Below, piece after piece: positions 50,921 to 64,000 of a DNA stretch of 64,000 bases (positions within the stretch are counted from its first letter, which is position 1; every line of letters starts with the position of its first letter). The stretch is from Mobula hypostoma. Lineage: Eukaryota. The position numbers and the translations under genes were made by a program. Location of the stretch: the NCBI RefSeq assembly GCF_963921235.1, contig NC_086097.1, positions 1,364,001 to 1,428,000 of the forward strand, in the 5' to 3' direction. The notes beneath the pieces are model-generated. The model was not told the DNA's origin. It was given only the letters and a program-made list of their open reading frames with translations, and searched no databases.

Positions 50921-51202
50921 TGATTCACAATACATTTAGTTCATTTTGCATCCTTATGTACTCCGATATATATGGCCTACTTCTGCTCCTATATCTTTTG
51001 GTCTTATATAATAGGTACTGAAGATTTCCATCTTCAGCACATACACAAAAATTATGCACCATAATGCTGTCTGAAGGATGACACAGGAAAAATCATTGTA
51101 CAAGCAGAGCTAGAATCAGCAGCCAAAATAAACAATGTCGTCTTGACCACAGAAAATCATTCAACCAACATGTCTGCTTGCTTAAAGTAACAGGTTCCTT
51201 AC

Positions 51203-51344
51203 CTAGTATGACGAGAACAAAGAGCAGAGTTGCCACTGCAGCAGTGCCGTAAAACATGACGTTGATATGGTAAGTTAATTTATCAAGGTCATCTACATTT
51301 GGCACCAGGATGGGAGGAACGAGAAATCCCACTGCAACCCCCAG
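51203..51344 (-). CDS. FLVCR2: Internal coding exon (equivalent to exon 2) of an FLVCR-family MFS transporter
   Basis: Translates [47 protein letters not shown]. Acceptor tcttttcttcacag, donor gtaag, 142 bp, phase 0 to 1. [13 protein letters not shown] resembles FLVCR2 more than FLVCR1 (from memory). Confidence 0.88.
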
Positions 51345-51514
51345 CTGTGAAGAAAAGATGGGGAACTTACGGACAGAGAATTTCAACAACACTTGTTAAA
51401 CATGTAGTCTAAGCCACTAGCCGTGCGGACAATATGGCTGAGCAAGTATCAATCCTATTCACCTCATTTCCAGTTTTGTTCTTACTTTTCACCAGATGAC
51501 AGAAAAATAATACG

Positions 51515-53310
51515 ACCATAAAACACAGGAGCAGAAATAGGTTATTCAGCTCATACAGTCCGCTCTAGTCATCAGCAGCCAACTGAAAAGGCTCCCTCTA
51601 TTCCCACTCTTTGCCTCCTGTCAATCAGCCAGCCAATTTTCCATCCATGCTACTAACATTCCTGTAACTTCATGACAGCTTACTAAGCAGCCTCATGAGC
51701 AACACCTTGTCAAAGGCCTTCTGAAAATCCAAGTAAACAACACTCACCAACTCCCCTTTGTTTATCCTGCCTGTTATTTCCTCAAATAATTCCAACAGAT
51801 TTACCAGGCAAGACTTCTCCTTAAGGAAACCATGCTGACCTTGGCTTATTTTATCATGTGCTTCCGAGTATCCTGAAATCACATCCTTAACAATCAACTT
51901 CAACACCTTCCCAACAACTGAAGTCAGGCTAACTGGCGCATCATTTCCTTTCTTCTGCCTTCCAATCTTTTTAAAAAGTGGACTGACATTTACAATTTTC
52001 CAGTCCTCTGGAACCAGTCCCGAATCCAGTGATTCTTGCAATATCATTACTGATGCCCCTACAATTCTCTTCAACTATCTCTTTCAGAACGCTGGGATAT
52101 AGTCCATTGGTCCAGGTGTTTTATCTACCTTCAGACCTTTCCACTTCCCAAACACCTTCATATTAGTAACAGCAACATCACTCACTTCTGCCCTGACACT
52201 CAAAATTCTAGCATACCGAAATTCTTCCATAGGGAAGACTGACACAAAATATTTATTCAGTTCATCCGCTATTTCTTTGTCCCCCATTACTACCTCTCCA
52301 ACGTAATTTTCCAGCAGTCCGATATCCACTCGTCTCTCTTCTATTCTTTTTAAATCTGAAAAAGCATTTGTTATCCTCTTTTATATTATGGGCTAGCTTC
52401 CCCTCTGACACTCAACACAGGAGCTCCTCAGGGCTGTGCACTAAGTCCCCTCCTTTACTCCCTGTATACCCATGACTGTGTTGCTACCCACAGCTCTAAT
52501 CTGCTAATTAAATTTGCCTACGATGCTACATTGATTGCCCTTATCTCAAACAATAACAAAGTGGCCTATAGGGAAGAAATCATCTCTCATGTTAGCCATT
52601 TCAGTCCCGGGAAAAAGCCTCTGACTATCCACACGGTCGATGCCTCTCATCATCTTATACACCTCTATCAGGTCACCTCTCATCCTCCGTTGCTCCAACG
52701 AGAAAAGGCCAAGTTCACTCAACCTATACTCATAAGGCATGCTCCCCAATCCAGGCAACATCCTTGTAAATCTTCTCTGCACCCTTTCTATAGTTTCCAC
52801 ATCCTTCCTTTAGTGAGGCGACCAGAACTCCAAGTGGGGTCTGACCAGGGTCCTATATAGCTGCAACATTACCTCTCAGCTCCTAAACTCAATCCCACTA
52901 TTGATGAAGGCCAATACACGGTTTGCCTTCTTCACCACAGAGTCAACCTGCGCAGCAGCTTTGAGCATCCTATGGACTTGGACCCCAAGATCCTCTGATC
53001 CTCCACACTGCCAAGAGTCTTACCATTAATACTATATTCTGCCATCATATTTGACCTACCAAAATGAACCACCTCACACTTATCTGGGTTGAACTCCATC
53101 TGCCACTTCTCAGCCCAGTTTTGCATCCTATCAATGTCACCATGTCCCGCTGTAACCTCTGACAGCCCTCCACACTATCTGCAACACCTCAACCTTTGTG
53201 TCATCAGCAAATTTACCAACCCAACCCTCCACTTCCTCTTCCAGGTCACTTCCAAAAATCACGAAGAATAGGGGTCCCAAACAGATCCCTGCAGCACACC
53301 ACTGGTCACC
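51515..53310 (-). mobile_element. Two CR1 ORF2 fragments (51515-52400, 52586-53310) separated by a short plus-strand Rex1 piece
   Basis: PVSLTSVVGK, YLDFQKAFDK, KFADDTK, MEFNPDKCEV. Confidence 0.8.
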
Positions 53311-54319
53311 GAGTGAGCTAGGGCTTTTGTCTTTGGAGCGAAGGAGGATGAGAGGTACAAGATGATCAGAGGCATAGATAAAGTTGTCAGGCAGCACCTT
53401 CCCCCCCCCCCCCACTGGGTAGAAATGGCCAATGCCAGAGGGCATCAGTTTAAGAAGAGAGAAGGAAAGTTTAGGAGATGTCAAAGGTAGTTTGTCTTTT
53501 TTAAAAAAAGCAAGCTGTAAGGGCTTGGAATGTACTGCTGAGGGTGATGGCAGAGGCTGATACAAAAGGGACTCAGATGGATGTACGATAAATGGGAGGG
53601 TTATGGGCTATGTAGGAGGGAAGGGAAAGATCAAATATCGAGTAGATTTATATTGGTTGGCACAACAACACGAGCTGAAGTGCCTGTACTGTTCTATGTT
53701 TTATGACAACTTTCTACACTATCCACAACACTTCCAACCATTATTATTGTCTGCAAATCTACTAGCCATACTGTGGTACTACTATGGATATGGAGGAAAC
53801 AAAGATCATATTTAATGCCACAATTACTTTCCTCACTTCACATAATAACTATGGGGTATATCCCATCCAGCTCCAAGGACTTATCTATCCCAATGTATTT
53901 TTCACAAGCTTCAACACTGCCTCTTTCTTAACTTTGCCATGCTCCAGTGCAGTAGCCTGTTCTACACTTATTTCACATTCATCAATGTCCATCTCCCTGG
54001 TGAACACTGAAGCAAAGTATTTATTAAGAACCTCCCCTCCTTCCTTTACCTCCTGGCATGTTTATGTCCTTTATCCCCGAAGCACCCTACCCTCACTCAA
54101 GTCGTCCTCCAGTAGAACGCCTTGGTATTTTTTCCTTAAGCCTACTTCAGGATGTGGAAAAAGCAAGAGGAAGAGAAAAGTTGGAAGCGAGTGTAAGTCT
54201 GAGGGAAGAAAGGCAAAACCAGGCTGTGAGAGGGAAGGAAAATGCGCCACAATAGAAATCAAAAGGGCACAAAGGCTCCCTTCAGAGTGCGTTGATGGAA
54301 CCCCAGAAGACAAACAGTG

Positions 54320-54462
54320 AGACAGAGTCCTGATGAAGGGTCTCAGCCCAAAATGTCAACTGTACTCTTTTCCATAGCTGGCCTGGTCCGGTCCGCTGAG
54401 TTCCCCCAGCACTTTGTGTGTGTTGCTTTGGATTTCCAGCATCTGCAGATTTTCTCTTGTTT
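54320..54462 (+). mobile_element. Penelope-like terminal-repeat fragment with decayed hammerhead
   Basis: agtcCTGATGAagggtctcagcccAAAAtgtcaact followed by the shared ttccagcatctgcag end. Confidence 0.65.
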
Positions 54463-56224
54463 GTGACTACATACATCATATTAGGTCATTCAGCTCTACA
54501 ATAACTGGATGCTTCTCTTCAGAGGCTACCCAGTTTACAAGTTCCCACATTGTCTTCTTATTTCATCCACTGAAATTATGTTTTTTTGAGTTTGTATATC
54601 CCACCCACTTATCTACCTTCAGTTCCTTGAATTTGATTAACTATATTTCACCAAGAAACCTCCAAGGTACTCATTTAACCTGTATACAAAACAGTGGCAT
54701 TTAGCAAACAGAACTCATTCTGCAAGCTGAATGGCAGCTCCAACACCACCTCACACCCTCCCAGATCAATCACCAGGGAATACTTGCATCTTCTTCCAAA
54801 CTGTCACTGACCTCAGAGATTCGGCTCAACCACTGCCCCTTGCCCCAATCCACCAACCACTTAATTCACTTGTTAAATCAGGTAGCAGTATTTCAGTGAG
54901 ACTTGCATCAGTGCCAGGAAAATTACTGGAGAAAATTCTAATGGACAAGTTTCATGAAATGCCATCTCCACAGCCGATACAATAGGGTCCATTAAGAGAC
55001 TCCTGGATAGGTACATGGAGATTAGAAAAACAAAGGGCTATGGGTAACCCTAGGTAATTTTAAAGTAAGTGCATGTTTGTCACAGCATTGTGGGCTGAAG
55101 GGCCTGTATTGTGCTGTATATCTGGTGCATATTTACATATCTATGTAAATCTGGTGCTGATCAGCGATAATTAGCATGGAGCTTTTTTTCCCCAGGGGAA
55201 ATCCTGACTTCCTAACTTGACTGAGTTTTGTTTGAAGAGGTAACCAAGAAAATTGATGAAGACAAGGCAGTAAATGTTGGTATATGGTCACTAGTAAGGC
55301 ACTTGCAAAATGGTGTCACATATAAACAGGGTGGGAAGGTGTTTAGCACACTAGCCTTCGACAGTCAGGGCACGAAGTAGAGGAGTTGTACAAGTTGCAC
55401 CTGGAGTACAGTGCACACCCTGTAATGGGAAAGAAGTTACTAAACAGGAAAGAGTGCAAATATTTGAGAATGTTGACAGGATACGACAGCCTGAATTAAT
55501 AGGGAGATGTGTGCAGACTGCATAGGCCTTTTTTCTAGGAACTTAGGAAATCAAGGAGTGACTTTAGTGCAATTATAAGATAAAGTAGGATGTCATACAG
55601 GGAGATTGTGATGGGAAGAGTTCATTTCATCATACAAGAGGTCCTTCAAGGGTCTGATAACAGTGAAATCGAAGCTGTCTTTGAACCTGATGGTACAGCC
55701 TGTCCTATGGGTGAGGTGAGAATAAAGAATGGCCAGGGTGTGTGGAATCATTGACTATGACCTCAGGCACACAGGAAGATGAAGCTTTCAACCCTTTCAA
55801 CCTGGAAAGTATTGGCCTGAATGTATGGAGAATAAAAATTGGATCATTGTATAATTGGGGTAAATACATGCGTGATAGTGCAGTTGGCAGAAGGACTTGT
55901 TACTGCGCTGTGTGACTCTGACTTCACATGTATGTCTACATTATGGACTGTTATGGAGTGAATATGTGTGTGTATCTCCATAATATGATTATTAGAGGGC
56001 TGTTCCCTACATGCCTATTCCATTTACACATGCCTTTGTTTGCAATGGTGAAAATTAGTGACGGGTGTAATCTATTTTCCTTTCCTCCTTTGGCTTTCAA
56101 GTCAGCATCTGAGATCAACAGCAATGTGGTAAAATAGTTATAGCTGCGATTAATTGGAACTATGAATTAATTCACAAAGCTTTATCACAGCTTAGTTCCT
56201 CTGGATGTATACACAAAAGATGAG

Positions 56225-56890
56225 CTGACATCAGAGAGGGTCCAGAGGAGTTTCATGAGAATAATTCCAAGAATAAACATACGTTGACGTGCTGAGCGTT
56301 TGATGGTTCTGGGCCAGCATTTAGAAGAACGAGGGGGTGATCTCATCAAAACTTATCGAATATTGAGAAGTCTGTGCTGACATCGGACAGTGTTCAGAGG
56401 AGTTTCACAAGGATGATGCCAGGATTGAAAGGGTTATCATTTGAGGAATGTTTAATGGTTCTGGGTCTGTACTCACTGGAATTTAGAAGGATGGGGGGGG
56501 GGGGGATCTTACTGAAACCTTTTGAATGTTGAAAAGCTGAGACAGAGCAGGTATGGAAAGGATGCTTCCTATGGTGGGAGAGTTTAGGAGAAGAGGGCAC
56601 AGCCACAGGATAGAGGGCTGTCCATTTAAAACAGAGATGTGGAAAAATTTCCTTAGCCAGAAGGTGGCAAATTTGTGGAATGTATTACCACAGGTAACTG
56701 TGGAGGCCAGGTTGTTGGAGGTATTTAAGGCAGAACCTGATAGATTCATCATTGGACATGGCAGCAAAGTTTATGGGGAGAAGGCTGGGGAGCGGGGCTG
56801 AGGAGGGGAAAAAGCATCAGCCATGACTGAATGGTGGAGCAGACTTGATGGGCCAAATGGCCTAATTCTGCTCCAATGTCTTATGGTCCA
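56225..56890 (+). mobile_element. CR1 3' fragments
   Basis: RGHSHRIEG...NFLSQKVANLWN and a tail. Confidence 0.75.
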
Positions 56891-57147
56891 ATTGCTTTTG
56901 ACTGGAAGTTCATGATCAGTGGAGCACCACAGGATCAATACTGAGGCCCTTTTGAGATATACACTAAAAACATGGATGTGATTGGAGACATTCTAATTAG
57001 TAAGTTTGAGGGTAGATGACAGGCTGAACAAGGTTACAGCTGAATATAAACCAATGAAAATTTGGGAGGCGCATTGGCAGATGGAATTTCACCCTGACAA
57101 GTGCATGATGATGAATTTTGGAAAGTCAAATAGAGATGGGCCATATG

Positions 57148-57607
57148 CAGTGCCTTGAAAATGTACTCAGCCCCCACTAATATTTACACATTTTACTGTC
57201 TCATTTTCTAAATTTAAAACAATATTGTAATAGGATTTTTTGAGCAAAACATCGTGCATCATGTCAAATCAAAAGAAAAAATCCAAAACCTGTCAATAAT
57301 TTACTAAAGCTAAAAACCAAAATTCCAAGGCTGAAAAAGTATTTCTCTCCTTTGTAATTATCACCCTAACTTCCTTCAGGTGCAATATACTGCATTACCT
57401 CACCAATTCACCCAATTTGTTGATGTGGAAAGATGGTGGATCACCCATTTTCAATGGCTTCATAAGAATAAATACCCCCTCTATCTATAAAGTCCAACAG
57501 TACTGTAGATTTTCAACAGAACAAATCAAAATGAAGCCAAAAAGGTATTCAAGATAAGTCTAGGAAATGATAGAGAAGCACAGATCTGGGGATGTGTACA
57601 AGACCAA
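57148..57607 (+). mobile_element. Tc1-like transposon left end (TIR and transposase start), truncated
   Basis: cagtgccttgaaaatgtactcagcccc, inner repeat aaaaagtattt, and IEKHRSGDVYK paired-like N-terminus. Confidence 0.7.
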
Positions 57608-57610
57608 CTC

Positions 57611-57892
57611 GGGGGGGGGGGGAGAGAGAGGGGGGAGAGAGAGAGGGGGGAGAGAGAGAGGGGGGAGAGAGAGAGGGGGGAGAGAGAGAGGGGGGAGAGA
57701 GAGAGAGGGGAGAGAGAGAGAGAGGAGAGAGAGGGGAGAGAGAGGGGGAGAGGGGGAGAGGGGGAGAGGGGGGGAGAGGGGGGGGGGGGAGGGGGAGGAG
57801 AGAGGGGGAGAGAGGGGGGAGAGGGGGAGAGAGGGAGAGGGGGAGAGAGGGGGGGAGAGGGGGAGAGAGGGGGAGAGAGGGGGGGAGAGAGA
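57611..57892. repeat. Pure-purine G/A simple repeat
   Basis: About 280 nt of (GGGGGGAGAGAGAGA)n-like sequence with no pyrimidine on the + strand. Confidence 0.95.
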
Positions 57893-57899
57893 TATTCCC

Positions 57900-59720
57900 A
57901 TACGTCGGGGAGAAGAGTGAAAAAAAGTGTTTTGCAGGGATCGTCACATTAGTGGTGGACCAATCAATTCAAAGAAAGAAAGAGAGTGCTTTGCACAGAT
58001 CAGAAAGAAGAGTTTTGAAAAGGAGCATTTCGCAGGGCTCAGTGTATTAGCAGTGGACCAATCAATTCATGATTCATTGGGTCAAAGCAGAGTGACTATT
58101 GTGTGAGTGGAGCAGTGTAGGAGTGGAACTTGAGGATTTGGGTCAAGGGGCTTCGGAGAAGAGGCACAGATAAATAGCAGGTACACTTTTTATAGCAGTT
58201 GAATAAAAAGTCACAAAATTACAGTTAATTAAATAAAGGGATGCTGCAGAATCAGGTGATGTGCTGTCACTGCATGATGTAGAAGCTAGTGGACTCCAAT
58301 ATGTTTCCTGGTGACCACATCTGCAGCAAGTGTTGGCTGCTGGAGGAACTCAGGCTCAAAGTGATGACCTGAAATCTGAGCTTCAAACACTGCGGCACGT
58401 TGGGGGGCGGGGGGGGGTGTCGAGTTACCTGGATTCCCTGTTCCAGGAGGTAGCCACACCCATTAGATTAGCAGCCTCAAATTCAGTCTGTGGTCAGGGA
58501 CGAGAGGGTGTGAGGGTCAGAGAGGTGGGTAGTGGGATCCAAGAGACAGTGCTGAAGGAGCCTCAGCCCTTGAGCTTGTCCAACAGGTCTGAGATTCTTG
58601 CTCCCTGTGTGGATAAGAGTGGGGACTGTAGGAAGGATGAGCAACATAACTGCGGCACCCTAGTTCAGGCAGCATTCAAGAGGGGGGAGGGGGGAGAGAA
58701 GAGAAATGTAGTGGTAATTGGGGATACTATAGTCAGGGGTATAGACAGAGTTCTTTGTCATGAGGATAGAGCGTCCCGAAGACTGTGTTGCTTGCCTGGT
58801 GCCCGGATTTGGGACATCTTATCTGACCTGCAGAGAAATTTGTAGTGAGAGAGGAAAGATCCAGTTGTTGTGGTCAATGTGGGTATCAACGACATAGCAG
58901 AATCTCTTTCCTCATTCTACCCAAGGGAATTTGAGCAGCTAGGGACCAAATTAAAAAGCAGAACCAAGAAGGCGGTAATCCCTGGATTACTACCTGAGCC
59001 ATGTGCAAATTGGCATAGAATCAAGATTAGAGAGTTAAATGTGTGGCTCAAGGATTGATGTGGAAGAACGGAGGTTGAATTCATAGGAAATGTAAGGGCA
59101 CTTTATTTGAATGCCTATAGTATTCAGAACAAGGTCAGTAAATTTGTGGTTTAAATCAGTACAAAGGGGTATGATTTAGTGGCCATTACAGAGACGTGGT
59201 TGCAGGGTGGAGTGGATTAGGAATTAAATATCCAAGGATATCACGTAATACGGAAGGATAGGCAGAAAGGTAAGGGAGGTGGGGTAGCGCTCTTAACTAA
59301 GATGAGATCAGGGCGATAGTAAGAGACAATATAAGATTCAAGGAGCAGAATGTTGAATCCATCTGGATAGAGATTAGGAATAGCACAGCGGGAAAAAAAA
59401 ATCACTGGTGGGAGTTGTCGATCGGCCACCGAATAATGACATTACGGTGACCCAGTTAATAAACAGAGAAATATCTGAGGCATGTAAGAATGGAACAGCA
59501 GTTATCATGGGGGACTTTAATTTGCACATAGATTGGGCAAATCAAGTTGGTCGTGGCAGTCTTGAGGAGGACTTCATGGAATGCATCCGTGATGGCTTTC
59601 TTGAACAGCATGTTACTGAACAAACAAGGGAACGTGTGATCTTAGATCTGGTCCTGTGCAATGAGACAGGTAAAATTAGTCATCTTGTAGTTAGGGATCT
59701 TCTTGGAAAGAGTGATTACA
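57900..59720 (+). mobile_element. CR1 5' portion (5'UTR, ORF1 Zn-finger/esterase, endonuclease), degraded
   Basis: VVIGDTIVRG, CCLPGARI, VGINDI, IMGDFNL, LGKSD. Confidence 0.85.
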
Positions 59721-59991
59721 GTCTTACGAAGATGAGCAAAGTTCAGTTCCTGGTACTGAGTTGCGTAGTGATGGAGAGAGAGAGAGAGAGGGAGAGATTT
59801 TCTTTTCTCAGTTTTTCTCTGTTCAACTTTAAACCCATTGAACTTCTCCTATAATTAAATTACTTTCCACTTGGCTATATCAATCATTGATTCTCCTTCC
59901 TCAGTTTAAACATTTTAACAGACCTTTCTTGCATTGCTGTTTGACCTGCTGAATACTTACAACATTCCCAGTTGTTTCAAACCAGAAAATA

Positions 59992-60439
59992 CCAGGGGTG
60001 ATTGATAAGTTCACGGCCTAAGGTAGAAGGAGTCAATTTCAGAAAACCTAGCACGTTTGTTTTTCAACTTTCTGCATAATCACTCAAAGAGCTGAACTGC
60101 ACGTGCATGTAACAAGAGCTGTATAACTCATTTCCTTCTACCTTAGGCCACGAACCTATCAATCACCCCTTCTGTGGACCACCTGGAGGTCCAAGACACT
60201 CTCATTACATGCATGTACAGTTCAACTCTGAGTGAAAATGCAGAAAGCTTGAAGTTAATAACTCATCTCCTTCTACTTTAGGCCACGAACATATCAATCC
60301 TGCTGTGGACCACTTCTACAAAGAAGGGATCTGTATGCTCCATGACCGCTGGACTAAGTGTGTAAACGTAGGAGGGAACTATGTTGAAAAATAAATGTGC
60401 TAAGTTTTCTAAAACTGACTCCTTATCAATCACCCCTCG
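59992..60439. mobile_element. Mariner-type MITE
   Basis: TA-flanked TIRs ccaggggtgattgataag / cttatcaatcacccctcg, with internal extra TIR copies. Confidence 0.8.
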
Positions 60440-60746
60440 TATGTTAAAAGATACAGCTAGTGGAATAGTTGATGCACTGGTTTTAAATGTTAAAAGTTGC
60501 ATAGGCTGCAGCTCTTTTATTCAAATTGAGAGAGAAAGGACAAAGATTCTGGTGTGTTATCTTAACGTCCTTCAGAGTGAAAATATTTTTAAACTGGCAA
60601 CTCAACATCCCAGATGATAGAATCTTCCGGCACAGCAGGGTGGGATGAAAGAACGTTGATGACGTTGCAGTAGTATTCAATGAATGAGAAGGCAGCGAAT
60701 AGAGGGATACAAACTATGTACATATATGCAGAACGTCAGTTTAAAA

Positions 60747-62270
60747 ATAGAAATATAGAAAATAGGTGCAGAATTAGGCCATTCGGCCCTTCGAGCCTGC
60801 ACTGTCATTCAGTATGATCATGGCTGATCATCCAAATCAAAACCCTGTACCTGCCTTCTCTCCATACCCCCTGATCCCTTTAGCCACGAGGGCCATATCT
60901 AACTCCCTCTTAAATATAGCCAATAAACTGGCCTCAACTGTTTCCTGTGGCAGAGAATTCCACAGATTCACCACTCTCTGTGTGAAGAAGTTTTTCCTAA
61001 TCTCGGTCCTAAAAGGCTTCCCCTTTATCCTCAAACTGTGACCCCTCATTCTGGACTTCCCCCAACATCAGGAACAATCTTCCTGCATCCAGCCTGTCCA
61101 ATCCCTTTAGGATTTTATACATTTCAATAAGACCCCCCTCAATCTTCTAAATTCCAATGAGTATAAGCCTAGCCGATCCAGTCTTTCATCATATGAAAGT
61201 CCTGCCATCCCAGGAATCAATCTGGTGAACCTTCTTTGTACTCCCTCTATGGCAAGAATGTCTTTCCTCAGATTAGGGGACCAAAACTGCACACAATACT
61301 CCAGGTGTGGTCTCACCAAGGCCTTGTACAACTGCAGTAGTACCTCTCTGCTCCTGTACTCGAATCCTCTTGCTATGAATTGCCAGCATACCATTCGCCT
61401 TTTTCATCGCCTGCTGTACCTGCATGCCCACTTTCAATGACTGGTGTGCAATGACACCCAGGTCTCATTGCACCTCCCCTTTTCCTAATCGACCACCATT
61501 CAGATAATAATCTGTTTTCCTGTTTTTGCCACCAAAGTGGATAACCTCACATTTATCCGCATTAAATTGCATCTGTCATGAATTTGCCCACTCACCTAAC
61601 CTATCCAAGTCACCCTGCATCCTCTTAGCATTCTCCTCACAGCTAACACTGCCGCCCAGCTTCGTGTCATCCGCAAACTTGGAGATGCTGCATTTAATTC
61701 CCTCATCCAAGTCATTAATATATATTGTAAACAACTGGGGTCCCAGCACTGAGCCTTGCGGTACCCCACTAGTCACTGCCTGCCATTCTGAAAAGGTCCT
61801 GTTTATTCCCACTCTTTGCTTTCTGTCTGCCAACCAATTCTCTATCCACATCAATACCTTACCCCCAATACCGTGTGCTTTAAGTTTGCACACTAATCTC
61901 CTGTGTGGGACCTTGTCAAAAGCCTTTTGAAAATCCAAATATACCATATCCACTGGTTCTCCCCTATCCACTCTACTAGTTACATCCTCAAAAAAATCTA
62001 TGAGATTCGTCAGGCATGATTTTCCTTTCAGAAATCCATGCTGACTTTGTCCAATGATTTCACCGCTTTCCAAATGTGCTGTTATCACATCTTTGATAAC
62101 TGAATCTGGTATTTCCCCCCCACCGATGTTAGGCTAACCGGTCTATAATTCCCCGGTTTCTCTCTCCCTCCTTTTTTTAAAAAGTGGGGTTACATTAGCC
62201 ACTCTCCAATCCTCAGGAACTAGTCCAGAATCTAAAGAGTTTTGAAAAATTATCACTAATGCATCCACTG
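60747..62270 (-). mobile_element. 5'-truncated CR1 LINE (RT)
   Basis: SQHGFLKG, YLDFQKAFDK, GVPQGSVLGP, KFADDTK and a tail. Confidence 0.92.
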
Positions 62271-62535
62271 TTTAATTTGGCACTATAGTCACAACAGACG
62301 TTGTTACTTTGAGAAATTCTGGTTAATTACCATCAAGAGCCAATTAGCCACTTGGGCAGCTTACTTGTAAATCGATGTTGACAGTTCAGTAATCAAGAGT
62401 GCAACTCGAATAGATGAATGTTGGGAATTTAGGTGGCAATAAAGTAAAGGCATCCGTTAGTCTTGCGAGACCATGGATCTGTGCCTGGAAAGTCTTCACT
62501 CTCCAGGGCACAGGCCTAGGCAAAGTTGTATGAAA

Positions 62536-62925
62536 GACATTAGAAGTAATCTTTATGATACTTCAGTTAAATTTGAACAGATTTGGAGACCTTTCATTCA
62601 ACATTTTCATTTAACGTAATTTTTTTTCTCTTTGCCCATATTTACATTCCCTTCTTGCTTTGTTTTAAACTGTTTTTAATGGAGGTCGGGTTTGAGGACG
62701 TGATTGTTTTAAGTTGTTTAAGTCTACTTGTTACCTAGTTAGCCCATTGCTTTGCTTTGCTTTTTCGATTAGTTGCACGGTGGGTTTTTTTTTGAGTATT
62801 TTTCTTCTCTTTACTGATATGTATGGAAAATTAGTATACTATTATATTACCTTGTTATTTTATATCTAAACTGCACTGTTTGTACTAACTTTTTTTTGTG
62901 TATTAATCTCTTGCAAATTTATAAT
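62536..62925 (+). mobile_element. L1/Tx1-like 3' fragment
   Basis: IRSNLYDTSVKFEQIWRPFIQHFHL* and a T-rich UTR. Related to 37257-37778. Confidence 0.6.
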
Positions 62926-63213
62926 AGAACATAGAATAGTACAGCACAGTACAGGCCCTTTGGCCCACAATGTTGTGCCGACCCTCAAACCCTGCCTCCC
63001 ATATAAGCCCCCGATTCCTCCATATACCTGTCTAGTAGTCTCTTAAACTTCACTAGTGTATCTGCCTCACATTCAATAGAATGTGATGAAAGCAGAAAAA
63101 CAGGAAGGCATGGTGTTAATCATGTCACTTCAATACCTCCACTGAGAACTAGGCCGAACAATAAACAGAAAGCAAAGACTATATATTTTTGTAATTTACA
63201 GTAATTTTTGTCT

Positions 63214-64000
63214 TGGACTGGAGGAGGTAGCAGAGGTATTTAATGAATACTTTGCTTCAGTATTCACTACGGAAAAGGATTCTGGCGATTGTAGGGATGA
63301 CTTGCAGCAGACTGAAAAGCTTGAGCATGTAGATTTTAAGAAAGAGGATGTGATGGAACTTTTAGAAAGCACGTAAGTCACCGGGACCGGACGGGATGTA
63401 CCCCAGGCTACTGTGGGAGGCGAGGGAGGAGATTGCTGAGCCTCTGGCGATGATCTTTGCATCATCAATGAGGATGGGAGAGGTTCCGGAGGATTGGAGG
63501 GTTGTGGATGTTGTTCCCTTATTCAAGAAAGGGAGCAGAGATAGCCCAGGAAATTATAGACCAGTGAGTCTTACTTCAGTGGTTAGTAAGTTGATAGAGA
63601 AGATCCTGAGAGGCAGGATTTATGAACATTTGGAGAGACATAATATGATTAGGAATAGTCAGCATGGCTTTGTCAAAGGTAGATTGCGCCTTACGAGCCT
63701 GATTGAATTTTTTTTGAGGATGTGACTAAACACATTGATGAAGGAAGAGCAGTAGATGTAGTGTATATGGATTTCAGCAAGGCATTTGATAAGGTACCCC
63801 ATGCAAAGCTTATTGAGAAAGTAAGGAGGCATGGGATCCAAGGGGACATTGCTTTGTGGATCCAGAACTGGCTTGCCCACAGAAAGCAAAGGGTGGTTGT
63901 AGACGGGTCATATTCTGCATGGTGGTCGGTGACCAGTGGTGTCCCTCAGGGACCTGTTCTGGGACCCCTTCTCTTCGTGATTTATATAAATGACCTGGAT
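63214..64000 (+). mobile_element. CR1 ORF2 (RT), runs off the window
   Basis: [26 protein letters not shown]. Same subfamily as 6172-8270. Confidence 0.9.

Noticed and set aside
51093..51392. Whole 99-aa ORF (and the 79-aa ORF 43788-44027) as stand-alone genes
   Set aside because: Only the splice-site-bounded cores resemble FLVCR; the rest is intron read-through.
57549..58050. ORFs of 113-152 aa on both strands
   Set aside because: Translations of a G/A microsatellite.
62452..62535. Short segment resembling an RTE-associated repeat
   Set aside because: Too short and without coding or terminal hallmarks to classify.

Overview
Eukaryotic, repeat-saturated DNA from a vertebrate, most likely a cartilaginous fish (ray-like; inferred only from the repeat families). 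One host gene crosses the window on the minus strand: three internal coding exons of an FLVCR-family MFS transporter, best matching FLVCR2 (51203-51344, 43886-44026, 664-731). All three have GT-AG ends and compatible phases, and the last two are separated by a 43.2-kb intron. Nearly everything else is nested transposable elements: CR1 LINEs, Rex1/Babar LINEs, L1 and RTE tails, Penelope-like elements with minimal hammerhead-ribozyme motifs, Tigger/pogo, Tc1, mariner and hAT-Charlie elements, and a solo LTR. The most notable objects are (i) a young Gmr1-type Gypsy element (861-bp LTRs, GACA TSD) whose single 912-aa ORF keeps Gag and protease but carries only in-frame-deleted integrase and RT remnants, and (ii) hammerhead-bearing Penelope repeats that often occur as fold-back palindromes. 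Family names come from motif recognition, not database searches, and boundaries of degraded repeats are approximate.
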